Origin: Paraspadella gotoi | Lineage: Eukaryota > Animalia > Chaetognatha | Length of the DNA: 64,000 nt | Assembly: GCA_051294375.1 (NCBI GenBank) | Contig: CM119269.1 | Coordinates: 3,432,187 to 3,496,186 of the forward strand | Direction: 5' to 3' | Part shown: positions 1 through 13,319 of the stretch, piece after piece | Layout of the letters: every line of letters starts with the position of its first letter | How positions within the stretch are numbered: the first letter of the stretch is position 1 | The notes under the pieces: generated by a model | The model's database searches: none | What the model saw: the letters and a program-made list of their open reading frames with translations, nothing else | What the model was told of the DNA's origin: nothing | Translations under genes and position numbers: made by a program

Positions 1-111
1 AGCTTTTTACCCCCCCTGTTCACTTGGTCCCCTTAAACCGCGTTATTTTCGAGACGATTAAGAGCCACGATTTTTTTTTTTTCGACGCGATTATAAATAA
101 TAAACGAATAC

Positions 112-214
<103 letters not shown>

Positions 215-1388
215 CCAAAAGTGGGCGTTCCCGTCCGCGCTTGATTCTCGACGCCTGGCTTGGCGCCAATCTTTGATCACATTTCCCGCGTAATCATATT
301 TATGCTTTTGAGAGTCACTTTATGGTTTCGGATGGCGCGACGCCAAAAAACTTTTGTCGCCGGCGCGTTGACGTCGTTGTCGTTGTCGTGATGGAATTGC
401 AATGGCGCCGAAGAAAACAACGTCGATGGCGAGGATCACGACGAGTGAAACGACGACGACGACGACGACGAGTGAAACGACGACGACGACGACGACGATG
501 GCGACGACGAAGGAGACTCAGTAAGACTTCAAATAAAATATTACAGAACCGAAAAAACCAAAGAAAAGGTTTGTGATTCCAAGTCTGACATGATCACTCA
601 GCTAAGATTAAACATTTAAAAACATAATTCCAATGTGTTGCGAAGCAGTGACTGTCTTTCACGTATATTTCCGGGTGATCACGTTTTACCATGGGTAACA
701 GTAATAACGTAACATGCACGAGGTTAGAATTCGATCTTTTATTCTTTATAAGATTTATGTGAAAACAAAAAGTAGCTGTCACGCAGACACGATGTTAAGC
801 GAAATTAACAAAATAGCAAATTTCAAATACCAAAATTCAAGCCGCATTGAATTTTGGTATTATAATTATAAACATAAAAGATCTTATGGAAACTAATTTT
901 CATACCAATTTTTAAATTTTTAACATTTTTTAAAAAGATAACCGTAATGGGTAAAACTAAAAAAAAAGATGGCGTTGTTGTTGTGTTTTGCTTTTTTTTA
1001 TTTTCTAGCCGCAAGTCAAGTGTAAAAACAATAAAAAACTAAACGAACGGACAAGTTTTACGCTACAGTGAATTCATCGGCCAACGCCACCATAATTGTC
1101 GCTGTTAATTTTAATTTCGCGTTTATGTTTTTAGTTCAAAACTAACGCTTCGCTTCTCTCGTACAAAAACCCAGTCCGGTTAAACATTAACTATTCATAA
1201 ATACAATTCATAAAATAATAAATAATATTTTTCAAGTGACGAATTGAGAAGGATATCATAGTTGAAGGATTTTAAACTTTCGAGTTGTATTTAATTTACG
1301 TCTCCTAAACTCAATAAAACGAGTTGTATTTGTCAGCGAATATATCTTGTTGTAATGAGCTATTAAATTCTTGCTCTCTCTCTCTCTT

Positions 1389-1436
<48 letters not shown>

Positions 1437-1469
1437 CCTTATTCAGAACCGAATGATAATCATGTTGAT

Positions 1470-2180
1470 CACATTTTACTTGTCAATATGTTTGTCTTCT
1501 TTTTTTCTGAATCCTTGTCACTTTTGCCAACGAGCTGACATCCTCCATTTCCTCTTTCTCATGGACTCAATTTCCGACGACAGAAGATGCAAAACTTTCG
1601 ATTTCCTGAGATTTTGAGAAACTGTCGTCGTTGTCGTTGTCGTCGTCGTTCTTTAGTTTTGCATTTAAATAAAACCATAGAAAGATCAAAATTTCGACAT
1701 TTTACTTCTCCAATGACATTTCTAATAATTTATGGGTAACGTTTTATTTTCCCCACATATTTTTTGTTTTCAATGTTCGGGAATCGTACTCGAATCGCCT
1801 GATTCACGACGCGACTTTCTGCTCCGTGCGCCACGTCGCCAGTTGGACGCAATGTTTGTTCGATGTACATAAAGAAAAACCAGCGAATGATCAAATACCA
1901 GAGAAAGCTTTTGACCTGTGGGGCGCCAAACCATTTCTGAATAAGAACATCCATGAAAAAACATGTTTTCGTTTCATCGTTAGGATCTTTGACGAATTAT
2001 CATTTGTTATGTCTGTTGATGAAGGATGCCATACCTTTATATACCCGACCAAGAAATCTGGACAAATAATCAACGTCCACTTTTTCGTGTTTATCATCGG
2101 AGAGAAAAGAAGAGATGTACGCAGTCCGGTTTGCTGCCCTGTTTATGTTTTTTCCCCTGTTTATGTTCTTTTTATGTCCA
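1470..2180 (-). pseudogene. Coding-like minus-strand segment of unknown product, with in-frame stops
   Basis: The frame of ORF 1730..1954 reads DDKHEKVDVDYLSRFLGRVYKGMASFINRHNK**FVKDPNDE...KRYP*IIRNVIGEVKCRNFDLSMVLFKCKTKERRRQRQRRQ...LSP*ERGNGG. Open stretches of about 88 and 56 codons are separated by single stops. No homologue recognised, and other frames are also stop-poor. Confidence 0.25.
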
Positions 2181-2744
2181 GTTTATGTCGACCCCGAGTG
2201 TCACCCGATTCCCGCGCCAGGGGTCGTGATTTCGGAAAGATTTCCCGCTCGGAACGGGGAAGCTAAAAAAAATGCATATTAATCTAGTTGAATTTAGTAT
2301 GTTGACATTAAATAATAAAAATTTTAACAAAAGTTTGAGCTGAAGCTCGTGAAATTTTTACTTTTAATAAAAAATCTTTTTTCGAATTAGTCTTCAAATA
2401 TAACGTAAAAATAGAGACCCCCTGAGTTTGATGAACAACCTGAGAGATTGGCTGCGCTCATTGCGATGTCCCGAATCCGCCCTTCCTGGTTTTATTTTTT
2501 TCGTCTTCAAAATAAACATTCTTAACAAGGATTATCCAAAAGCATCTTCAATTTTCTTATTTTTATTTTCTTATTTTTCAAATAATAGATAAATGAGCTC
2601 AATTTGAAAAAAAAAAATTGGTCGAAAGTGACGTTACGTAATATGATAATCATATAATAATTTCTTAGCCGTTTTTGTTTGAATGAACTATGCCCTCATA
2701 CAACGTAAACAAAACATTAATCTCGGAATGTATTCTTTTAGTTT

Positions 2745-2816
<72 letters not shown>

Positions 2817-3486
2817 TCGCACAAACATATGCTTTGCCTCCTTTGGATTCGCATTTTCGCTTTAGATTTTCAAAGCAGGTGTTTTTCATTCTCGAATATT
2901 TTTTCTCCGATTTTTTCCGAATTTCCACGTTTGATTTTCCCCTTAAGTGCCTCCGAGGCATCGGATCCTTGAATTAAAAAAAAATCGGGGGGGGAAGAAA
3001 AAAAGGAAGTCATAAGTTCATGTTGAATTTCTTGCATAAATTCAAAACATCCCCGAGACCTTTTGAAGCGAAAGGCCTTTTTTTTCCCTAATGAAGTTCG
3101 AGCCTTTTTGGGGGAGTTGACGATTCCGAGCGAGTTTACGTTGGAGGTTGCTGGCTTCCATTGGAAGTTCCAAAGATCATTTTCGCAGCTTCGATGCTGC
3201 GTTTTTGCCTCAAACAAAAATAATTTGTCGTGAAATATTTTCGATATGAGTCAAGTCTCTTCGGACGATCTTCTTGTAAAAAAATACGGTTGTTATGAAT
3301 TTTTTAGTCAAAATTAAAACTTAATTTTTTAAAAAATATCAAATAAGATTTAACTTTTGATATTAAGATTTTTCTGTTTTTGTTCCTCTAGTAAAAAAAA
3401 AACTTTGTCATTTAAGGATCATTTATAATTGATCGAGAAAAAAATTATTAAGCTTAAAAAAGATTATTCTTTCACTATAAAAAACG

Positions 3487-3556
<70 letters not shown>

Positions 3557-3620
3557 TAATCTTGTTCGTGTTGCAAATTTTCCTTAACTAATTCGAAGGA
3601 GAAGTGGAAAAACTCGTCAG

Positions 3621-3628
3621 CTGATTGG
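3621..3628 (-). promoter_or_regulatory. Inverted CCAAT box (CTGATTGG)
   Basis: NF-Y-type motif about 330 bp upstream of the ATG at 3957; function inferred from position only. Confidence 0.35.
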
Positions 3629-3956
3629 ACGGCGTCGAATGGGAGAAAGCCTTTCCCTTTTTACTTCTTGTTTTCCTCGTTTCTTTCTTTATTGCTTTCT
3701 TTCTCTCGGATCTTCTTTCTTTATTTTCAACCTTTTCTTCTTAATATCTTGACTCTTTCGTCAAATTATTCACCGAGTTATTTTTGCGCCTTTTTTTTAA
3801 ACCAAAACGAGATTGTTGTTTTCAAAATTTATTCGCATTCGTTATTCGAGAAGCGTCTCTCGCACTACCGAGAAAAGAAAATCCTTAAAAAAAATATGAA
3901 AATAAATAAAACAAAACTAATTCAAAAAATCAACTGAAACAAAAACAAAGACTCAA

Positions 3957-4455
3957 ATGTCCCTTCGATATTTCGACGAGGAGGCGATCGCCTCGATTAA
4001 AGCGAGAAACGAAAGATGGCGCCTTCAAACCACCGTCGACACTGGCGCCTTACGCGGCGCTGACCAGCGCCCGCCACTGGCGCCGCGAAGCCAACGGATC
4101 CTCGAGCGCCGATCGTCGTTGGCGCCGCTGCGAGGAGACGACGCCGGGAAACTGATTCCCGTGGCGCCGTTCGGAAGCGACGGCGCTTTATCTAAGCGCA
4201 ACGGAGGAAACGAAGGCGCCGAGGAGAAAAACAACAACAACAACATCGACGATAAAATAATGAAACGTCATATTAACCACTGTGACGTTGACGACGACGG
4301 CGATGACGACGATGACAGCGACGTCAACGTTAGACCCGAGACGCGATCGAGCGAAATTTCTCAGCTCGTGAGATGCGATTCCATCAGTTCGATTCTCTCA
4401 TTGGCCGCCGTCTATGACGAGGTTGAGAAAGAATCGAGGTAAACAGTGTAATTAA

Positions 4456-4492
<37 letters not shown>

Positions 4493-4626
4493 GAGAGAGT
4501 TTTCCATATAGTAAATTGTATAGAGAAAGTCAAGCTTTGACAATTTTTTATTCTGGCAATATTAAAAACGACGAACCACGGCGACGGCGACGGCGACTGA
4601 AACAAACAATGATGTGCCGATGTTAA
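3957..4626 (+). CDS. Hypothetical two-exon protein (~198 aa; exons 3957-4438 and 4512-4626)
   Basis: GC-rich 161-codon ORF ends at AG|GTAAAC (donor at 4439). A 73-bp intron containing (AG)n ends TTTCCATATAG. The phase-2 join stays open: ...EKESSKLYRESQALTIFYSGNIKNDEPRRRRRRLKQTMMCRC*. An alternative acceptor at 4523 is also in frame. No family recognised. Confidence 0.55.
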
Positions 4627-5320
4627 AATCCGCTGAGTGTATGAATTATTGAGGTTGTAATCGGTATTTAATTATATGAAATTCTACTTGTTTCATTGAA
4701 ATATTCGGCATAATTTAACTTTTTATCAATTTTTTCCCCGAACCCTTTACCCATTTCTGCCTTCGTTTGTGCTTTTATTCGCAAAAAAAAGGTAAGTGAT
4801 TTTCACTTTTCTTAACCCTAGTAAACTTTTTAAGATTTCGTTGTTTTTTTTCAGTTCACCGAATTTATAGCCCGAGATATATCGAATTTTATAGCAATAA
4901 ATTTAATCGGGATTCTTATCGGTTATTCAGTTATTTCTGGCCTTAAATTATATATGCTTTATAACATCATATACCAAAATGACTTCTCTCGACCTTGACC
5001 TCGACTCGCTCCCTATTCTTCCTTTTATACTCGTACAATCGAAATGTCACTTTTTCACTCACCCCTTTCAATCCAAATACGGGGTATTATTTTTTTTCTA
5101 GTACTTCCCCCAATTCAACCAACTACTCCCTTCACTTTCTTCTTCCACCATCTCTCTCCCCCCTATCTCTCCCCCAATCTCCCCCATCTTCCCCCTCATT
5201 CCCCCCATCTCTCTCCCCCCCAAGCCCCAGTTTTCTACTTCCCCCCCTGACCTCCTTTTATCTCTCCTCTTCGCCTGGAAGGCGCTTTATCTCGAATGGC
5301 GCGGAAAGCGAAGCCCAAAA

Positions 5321-5355
<35 letters not shown>

Positions 5356-6269
5356 ATGTTTTTTGGGGGAAAAATAAGAATTTATATCCACGAGAAGGAA
5401 GCGATTTATTAAAGCGGCCCCACCGCGAAATTTTCTCTTGATAAAAACGACTCGGTTTTGTTTTGGTAAAATATTTTTTTTGACTTTATCAAAAGATGAC
5501 TTCTATACATTTTTTAAAAAAAATTGTTAAAAATTCTTCATCTTAAAACGCTCAAATATTCATCTTTTATCGCCGTTAGCATATTAATCACGGTCTGCCA
5601 AAAGAAAAAAATTTGACAAATTGTAGCGATCATTTCGGAATACAAGTTGAAGTGTGTCATAAACCGGTTCCGTAACTACCGCTTTGATTAATTATAAAGT
5701 TCTCAAAGCATTTAAAGGCATAATGGAAAAGCGATTACGGTTTTCTTTTCGATAACTAATAAGTTAAGATTTTCTTTGAGAGTAAAAACTTGCTTTAAAA
5801 AGTCTGAGACTCAGAATTCAGGAATTCGGCGCATTTCACCCTCGTGTCTTTGTTATTAAATAAAAAAACATTCATTTTGTTTTAAAATTTTCTCGATTGT
5901 ATCCCAACCAGTGTTGACAAACTTTCTTACATGTAGTTTATCTAAATGACAGTATGTATAATGCATTGAGAATATCGGTTTTATTCTCTATCCTCATTTT
6001 TTTTTCTAAATGACGTCATTTCATTATTTTTTTCTTCATTCTCTGACCATTTCCTGTCTCAACCAATGCCGTCACCATTCCCCTCCCCTACTTCTCTTTC
6101 TCTATTTCCTTCTCTCCCCTCTATTCCCCCATACTCTCTTCCCCTCTCCCCCAACCCCCCCCCTTCCGATCTTCCCATTTCCACCGCGCAGCGCGAAGTC
6201 GATTATCTTTTCTTTCGAATAAGGATTCTTATCAAAAAAAGAAAAAAAAAAGAAAAGAAAAAAAAAGCT

Positions 6270-6470
6270 GTTAATCACTGTGCGGTCGCCTGGCATCAGC
6301 GGGAAGCCCCTTTAGCGGCCCTACCCCTCATCCACTCACCGCTGTCAATCAATTCCACCCGTCATTTTATATGTAATCAACTCCTCTACGTCGCGAAAGA
6401 TCTGTCTCATAAATTTGGGTCACCCTTCGCGCAAAATGGCTAAAGTTTCACCACCTTTGTAATTAGACTG
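6270..6470. promoter_or_regulatory. Candidate developmental enhancer
   Basis: High-complexity non-coding island. It carries the exact Pbx-Meis/Prep decamer TGATTGACAG on the minus strand (6342-6351), plus TGATTACA, CATAAA and CTTTGTAATTAG (Sox + homeodomain-like) motifs. Confidence 0.35.
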
Positions 6471-7433
6471 TATGAAACTCGTCTCATTGACAAGCACCAC
6501 TAACTCCAAGATTTTATTCAATGGCGTTTTTGTCTTTTCCCCTTTTTCATTATTATTCTCCGACACCTTCTCTGACCACTTAACTCAATTTCACTATTAA
6601 TATTACCCACTAACCAGTACCCACAAGCATAGCTCCCCACAAAGGTACCTAACAGCTTCGTGCAACTCTATTTCTATATCACCCCAGTACCCCGTGTTTC
6701 GATCAAAGTAATCCGATCCGTTCTGCCCTTTATTTTTACTTTTCGAAATTAAAAGGCGAAATTCCCCGCTTTTTCTCGCCACAACGAGGGATAAATAAAA
6801 CTTACTTCTTAGCTTTTTAGCCCGAAGTAATAAATAAATCTATTTTAACATTCTTCGCAAATTCTAATCGTTTGAAAGGAAAAGGAAGGAGGGTTATACC
6901 CGTTTTCCTTCCCCTCACCCCTTCTCCCGAATTCACACAAAAGAAACATTATTTTTCTTTCGCGTTTTTCCTTAATTTTTAACGAGAAAACGAGAAAAGT
7001 TTTCTTTTTCCTTTTTTTTGTTTCCATTTCTAAACGATGAGATTAAGTTTGTTAGCTTTGATCTCCCTTTTTTTTTAACTGAAAATGTGGAGCATTTTTA
7101 AGTTTGAGAAATAATTGTCAAAGCGGACAAATCGAGAAAGGAGACCACCCTTGGTTGTGTTTGCCAAAACCTACGAGATAAGTTATCTCGTTACGTGACG
7201 TTGTTTGCGAAATAAGGGGCAACCCCTTGTAAGCAAGGTCACCCGTGAGGGGGGGACAGGAGGGTTAGAATGACCTCCGACAAACGGTGAATGATTGAGA
7301 GACTTTTTGTGAAGACTGTGAGAACGATACGCGGAGGCTGACAAGGTCCTACTAAATTACATACGTAAGAGCTTGCTTGATTCGAAGGTTTCAAAGGTAA
7401 CCTTTGACAAATCCCGTCATATCGAGACAGTTT

Positions 7434-7533
<100 letters not shown>

Positions 7534-8688
7534 CCCTCACCCCCTTACTACCCTTGAGAAGGGAGTCTTTTACCCCTAGCTCTCTCCACAATGCGCGGAT
7601 TAAAGAAAACGAGACGTAAATACCTTTTATGTAGTAAAGAAAAGAATGTACACAAAGGGCGGCGCCTGTCGGATTAGAGGTAAACAAAAGCGACGATGAT
7701 TTTCGTCGACAAAACGACAACGATCGCTAATGCGTCCAAATCGCCTCGAAAGCGCATTAGCTCCGCCGCCGAAGGGGATTTTTCTGGATTTCTGGAAAAA
7801 CGGAATCTGTAATTATGAGAGAAAAATGATTGACTAACGATGCTTGAATGATACTAACTTAACAAGAGGTTGAATATACATTAATCGTTGGTTAACTTAT
7901 ACTTAAATTTATCAGTATTCTTTTCCGTCGAAACGATTCACTTGTTGAGATGGGATAGAATCTAACGTCGTTTGCAAGACATAAAGTAAAAAAAAAGTTA
8001 ACATTACTTAAATGAACGAATTATAGTAGCATAGATAATCACCTACGAAACATTTCGTCCTTTATTAATCTATAAACAGTATTAAACACGTCCTAATAAC
8101 GAATCCCCTTTTCCGCTGACGGGTCGGTCGGTCGTTCGGTTTGCCCCTTGTGATTCTTCTCCGAGCGGCTGGCGCGCTTCACCCGCCCCTTTCTTCCGAA
8201 CGAACGTGACAATTTCCAACGTCAACATCTTCTTTTCCAAAATATCAACATTCAAGTTTTTCTTTTCTTTTCTTTCTTTTTTTTTCATCCAGACGTTCTC
8301 TCCCATTTAGCGATGTTTTGCTTCATAACGGTTTTTTCTTCAACCCTTTAAGATCCAGACTGAGATTTTTTTTTTTGCTCGGGATATAAATCAGTTGTAC
8401 TGAGCCAAAATTAATAAACGATAAGCGTCGAGTGATATCAACTCAATAAAATGTTGATTTTTGACTTGTTTTTAGTTTTTCGAAAAGTACGGACTGACGG
8501 ACTAACCGGACAGACAGGACAAACGGACAGATCTTACGGCGTTTTTTCGGCGTATCTATTCGGTTCTGTCTTCTTTGGTTTCAACTTTAAAATTTCGCAC
8601 CTTTCTTTATTTATTTGAGATGCTCTCATGATCTAATCGTCTCTCTCTCTCGTCTCTCCGTCTCTCGTCATTCTCGTCTCTATCTCTC

Positions 8689-8742
<54 letters not shown>

Positions 8743-9199
8743 CTCTTCATTCACACTTTGTAATGCGATTTTTCAACCAAAAAAAAGAAAAAATGTTTCA
8801 ACCAACTGTTTCTCTGTTTCAAATGTTTTAAAAAACTTTTACCGACTGAGCGGCATATCTCACTTCTGAGTCACGGTACAGCGAAGAAGGCATTTTACGA
8901 TTCTGCGGTTCGGATTCGCTAGGAAGAAGTTGGCTATTCTCGAAATTTGTTACTTCTGTGCTCTAAATGGAACTATCGATAATACCATTATGCGTTTACT
9001 CTAAAAACCTTATTTTAGATAATATATATATTATATTATATATAACGACACTTCGTATTCACTTTTCATACTAATAATTTACAAACTTCTTTTTTTTTCC
9101 AAAACGTCTTTTCCAGTTAATTTCAAGATTTGTTAAAAAAAATAAAACAGAAAAAAAAACGAAAGAAAGTTCAAACGTGGGTCAAAACTGAGAAAGCGG

Positions 9200-9515
9200 C
9201 TGGAGGTGAGGACCGATGGAGGACGGGGTTGAGGACGGGGCGAGGACAGGGTAAGGGCTTGTTGTTGAAGGGGTCGGGATTTTTAAACTGATTGTTGACA
9301 GAGATACCGGAGTAAGGCTGGGCTGAGGTCCCATTCAAAAAAGCAAGACGACGGGATAAGAACGGGATTTGGTTCATGTTGAGAGTTGAGACGGGCTGAG
9401 GTCGGAGCGAGTCTGAGGTGAGCTTGAAGACGTGACCATTGGGTCGGAGTGGGGACAGAGTGTAAACTATGAAGGGTCGGAGTGGGGTCGGAGTGGGATT
9501 GGAGTGGGATCGAAT
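9200..9515 (+). repeat. G-rich tract with GAGGACGGGG and GGGTCGGAGT motifs
   Basis: Three GAGGAC(G/A)GGG units at ~9220-9252 and several GG(G)TCGGAGTGGG units at ~9440-9510, with strong G skew. Possibly a transposon remnant. Confidence 0.5.
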
Positions 9516-9698
9516 GAGGCCGGAGAGGAGTACCATTTAGCGATGTATAATATTTTTTTTCTCTCGTTTTCTTTTCTGATCTTCAAGAACAGGTGTAAGG
9601 CATCTGTTGTTCCGCAATATCTAGGTCCGAAAAATTCTTTTTTTTTGTTTTAATTGATCACATTCGTTTTTCACGAAATGAGAGAGGCAGAGTAATGG

Positions 9699-9747
<49 letters not shown>

Positions 9748-10098
9748 GTATAAAAATTCTCCGTTTTTACTCCTTAACGTTTTTACGATTAAGTAATCGG
9801 ATTTTCGTTATGAAAAAAACATTGCTGATGACGACGACGACGACGACGATGATGATGATGATGATAATTAAGATAATGATGATGATGATGATGATGATGA
9901 TTAAGATAATTCTTTTTGACTCAATAAATTTAGTCGCTAGATTTTGTCTTATGGCGATGAACGTCAAGACGAAAATCTCAATTTTCTGTTTAAAAAAAAA
10001 TTATTTATTTTTTTCTTCCTTGAAAATTATTAACCACGAAAAGTAAACTTAGGGTATAATTACAACTCGCAACGCGCGCCGCTGTGTCAGGTTATATT

Positions 10099-10151
<53 letters not shown>

Positions 10152-10335
10152 TCTCTCTTCTCTCTCTCTCTCTCTCTCTCTCTCCTTCGATATTTCTCTT
10201 TAGTACAAATCCGCTTCCCTTTAAAGAAAAGAGAACAAAATGAAGTTTCTATGAAAGTTTACTTATACTCGTAACTCAGTTGGCGTACGACTTCAAAGGA
10301 GAACTCTTCTTCTCTCTCTTTCTCTCGTCTCTTCT

Positions 10336-10391
<56 letters not shown>

Positions 10392-11423
10392 TTTTCTCTT
10401 CTTGTTTTTTTTTTCGTAAGAGAATGTCATCTCCCAAATCTCCGCCCCGCGGGGCGGCACTAGGGGCGGCCCAGGGGGCAGACTATTCAGGGGGAACAGC
10501 AAAATGGTCATTGAGGGGCGCCCCCTCTGGATGCCTCAGGTGGCCGCCCAGGGGGTTCCCCCTGGGGCCAACATTGGGGGGTCTATTTAGGGGCGCCCCT
10601 AATGCTAGCCCCCTGGGCCACAAAAAGTCTGCCCTGGGGGTAACCCTTGGGGACAAAAAACTGCTCCCCCAGGGGAGAGGTTAAAGAGAGAGCAAAGTTT
10701 AATGAGAAATATACTTTCTATGTTATTATATCTGAAAAATGATTTCTCCCTGTTGTTACTCTCTCTTTCTCTCCTCTCTTTTTTTTGTTCTCTCTTCTCT
10801 TTTCTCTTTCTCTCTTTCTCATCATCTCTCTTTCTTTTTTTTCTCGATCTCTTTTTTTCTCTCTCGCTCTTTCAGACTTGTTTTATATAACTGAATTACA
10901 ATATATATTTTTTAAAAATTATTGTTAACACATTTTTCTATTTTTATCTAAAAATTATAATATTTGTATTTTTTAACCAATTATTTTATTCAGTTAAAAG
11001 TTATAGAAACAAGTTTTAACAAACAATGTAGGACGTAGCCACAAAATTTAATCAGTCATTGTCTTTTTTTTTTTGTCTTTTTTGTCTTTTTTTAATTTTT
11101 TTTTCTTCTTTTTTGTGGATGGATATACTGATAGACTGATAGAGAAAGGCATAATTTAAAAAAAAATATTCATAATGTGATGTTCTTTAAAGAAATTAAA
11201 TAAATCACCAATAACAAATATATGCAGTGACTAACAACCTCCTTAGTGAATTATGGAGTCCCCCCAAAAAAAATAAAAACTATTCATCAACATTAAACGA
11301 TTTACATCGGTAAAATAATTTTTTTTTATTTAGATTTGTAATTATAATCGTCAGTTTGTAAGATTGCTTAAGTATGAACTCACGTGTTAAGTAGAGGCTG
11401 ACATTTGGAGAGAGAGAGTGAGC

Positions 11424-11696
11424 AAAACTTATATCAGCTCAATACATACTTTTTCTACCACACACAAAATTTTTATCCAATCATCTATTTAATCAGTAGA
11501 GTTTAATGTAATTGCGGACAGACTTAAAAACTGATATTAATTAATTATCAAATAAATATTTTTAATTAATTATTTTTTATAAGTTTATTAAAAAATTAAA
11601 ACCATCCTACTCTTTATTCTATTATTTAAAATTTTATAGATGATTAAGATAAATTTTTGTGTGTGGGTAGAAATTGTGCAACTGATAGTGAGTTTT
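11424..11696. repeat. Internal inverted repeat of the foldback element
   Basis: TTTCTACCACACACAAAATTTTTATCCAATCATCTAT (~11452-11488) pairs with ATAGATGATTAAGATAAATTTTTGTGTGTGGGTAGAAA (~11636-11673), with weaker pairing further out. Confidence 0.75.
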
Positions 11697-11814
11697 ATAG
11701 AAAAAACAAAAGTTCTTTTACTTGAACATTATAAACATTTTTTTGCACTCTTTTTTTCTCTCTTTCTTTTTTGATTTTTATTGGTAAAATTATTAATTAG
11801 TATTTTTAAGTTGA

Positions 11815-12302
11815 TGTTGACCAAATTATTTAATTTGACCAAATTATCAGTTTGTCCAAATTATCTAAGTTGACCAAATTATGCAAGTTGACCAATTATG
11901 ACTGTTTGACTAAATTAAGCAAATAACCAAATTATACCAGTTGACCAATTTATGCCAGTTGACAAATTATGCAATTGACCATATTATGCAAGTTGACAAA
12001 TTATGCGAGTTGATTTAATTATCAAATTATAATTATGAAAGTTTCAAAAATAAACAGTTTAACCAAATTATGAAGTTTACAAATACTTAAGTACCAATTA
12101 TAAAAGTTAGCAAATTATGATGTTAACCAATGAAGCAGAGTTAACTACATTTTAAAAAAATACCAAATTAGAAATTTACCAGATTAATAAAAGTTTACCA
12201 AATTTTAAAAGTTGATTAATTATATCAGTTTACTATTTTATGTCAGTTGACAAATTATGTTATTTGACTAATTATGCAAGGTATACCAAATTATGCAAGT
12301 TG
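11815..12302 (+). repeat. Degenerate ~18-bp minisatellite (consensus GTTGACCAAATTATGCAA)
   Basis: Roughly 25 diverged tandem units, counted by eye. Confidence 0.85.
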
Positions 12303-13187
12303 GTATTGGTTCACGCTATTGGTTCATTGATTGATTTAATTAAAGAGAAAAAATATTATTTTTATTTCTTATATTTTATTGTTAATGAAAGATGAAATGA
12401 AATAGATAAAGAAAGAGAGGAGACAGAGGGAGAGAGAAAGAGAGAGTATAGGGAGAGAGAGTAGAGGAGAGAGAGCCATTCCAGGGGCAGGAAATCATCC
12501 CCCTGGAGGTCAGCCCAGGGGAAAGGTTTTTCTAGCCCAGGGGATTCCCCTGGAGTAGCCCTTTGGGGCTCAAAAAAGAGGCTACAGGGGGCCGCCCCTA
12601 TGCGGTAAGGATTTGCTGCCCTCGGGGCGCCCCGCGGTAGCCACCCCGCGGGGGCCGCCCCAAAGACACGCCCGGGGGAGCATTCTGAAGGTGAATACTT
12701 GTTTTCGTAATCCCTCTTTTTTTCGTTTCTTCGCTCCATTGGGTTTCGCTCTTTATTTAATCACTCCTGTTCTTCCCCCATTGCTCCTTCGACTAAAGCT
12801 TCCTCTTCTTTGCTCCACAGTTTATTGAATTGCTCCATAAACTTTTACTCCTTATAAACAACGACTTTTTTCCCTTTTACTCCAACTTGCTACCAAGGAT
12901 TTAAAACAAAAGCCTAATCTTTCACGGTCCTTGGGTCTGTATCCCTTCTTACGTTTTCACAAAACCAAGCAACATCGGGATTCATTGACTTCCCCAAGGA
13001 TCAAATTCTCTAATGATCACAGGAATTTTCGATGCATAACTCACCGCCGAATTTCTCTCTTGTTCACGAATTCTCCTTCGGCTCATAGAGTTCGTTTTCT
13101 CAGTTCGAATCAACGAATTGCTTTCGCTTACAAGGGAAGTTAAGTGAATTTCCTTCGCAAACAAATCTGACTCTAGGAAAAGGTTCT

Positions 13188-13231
<44 letters not shown>

Positions 13232-13319
13232 AGAGAGAGGAGAGAGAGAAGAGAGAGAGAGAGAGAGAAAGAGAAGAAAGAAAGAAAACGAAAGAGCGCC
13301 GACATCAAGAGATGTACGA

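Larger units (their letters stand above)
10420..12701. mobile_element. Non-autonomous foldback/Mutator(MULE)-like DNA transposon
   Basis: A 9-bp direct repeat TTTTCGTAA flanks the element (10411-10419 and 12702-12710). The ends are imperfect GC-rich inverted repeats sharing CCCCGCGGGG(C/T)GGC and TAGGGGCGGCCC, with many CCCCTGG/CCAGGGG motifs. The core is AT-rich and has no transposase ORF. Confidence 0.65.

Noticed and set aside
10280-10684. Gly/Pro-rich ORFs at 10280..10684 and 12362..12739
   Set aside because: They are the GC-rich termini of the foldback element, with no transposase motifs.
11815-12302. CRISPR-like or telomeric array
   Set aside because: Units are contiguous and degenerate with no unique spacers, no cas genes and no telomere motif; it is a minisatellite inside a TE.
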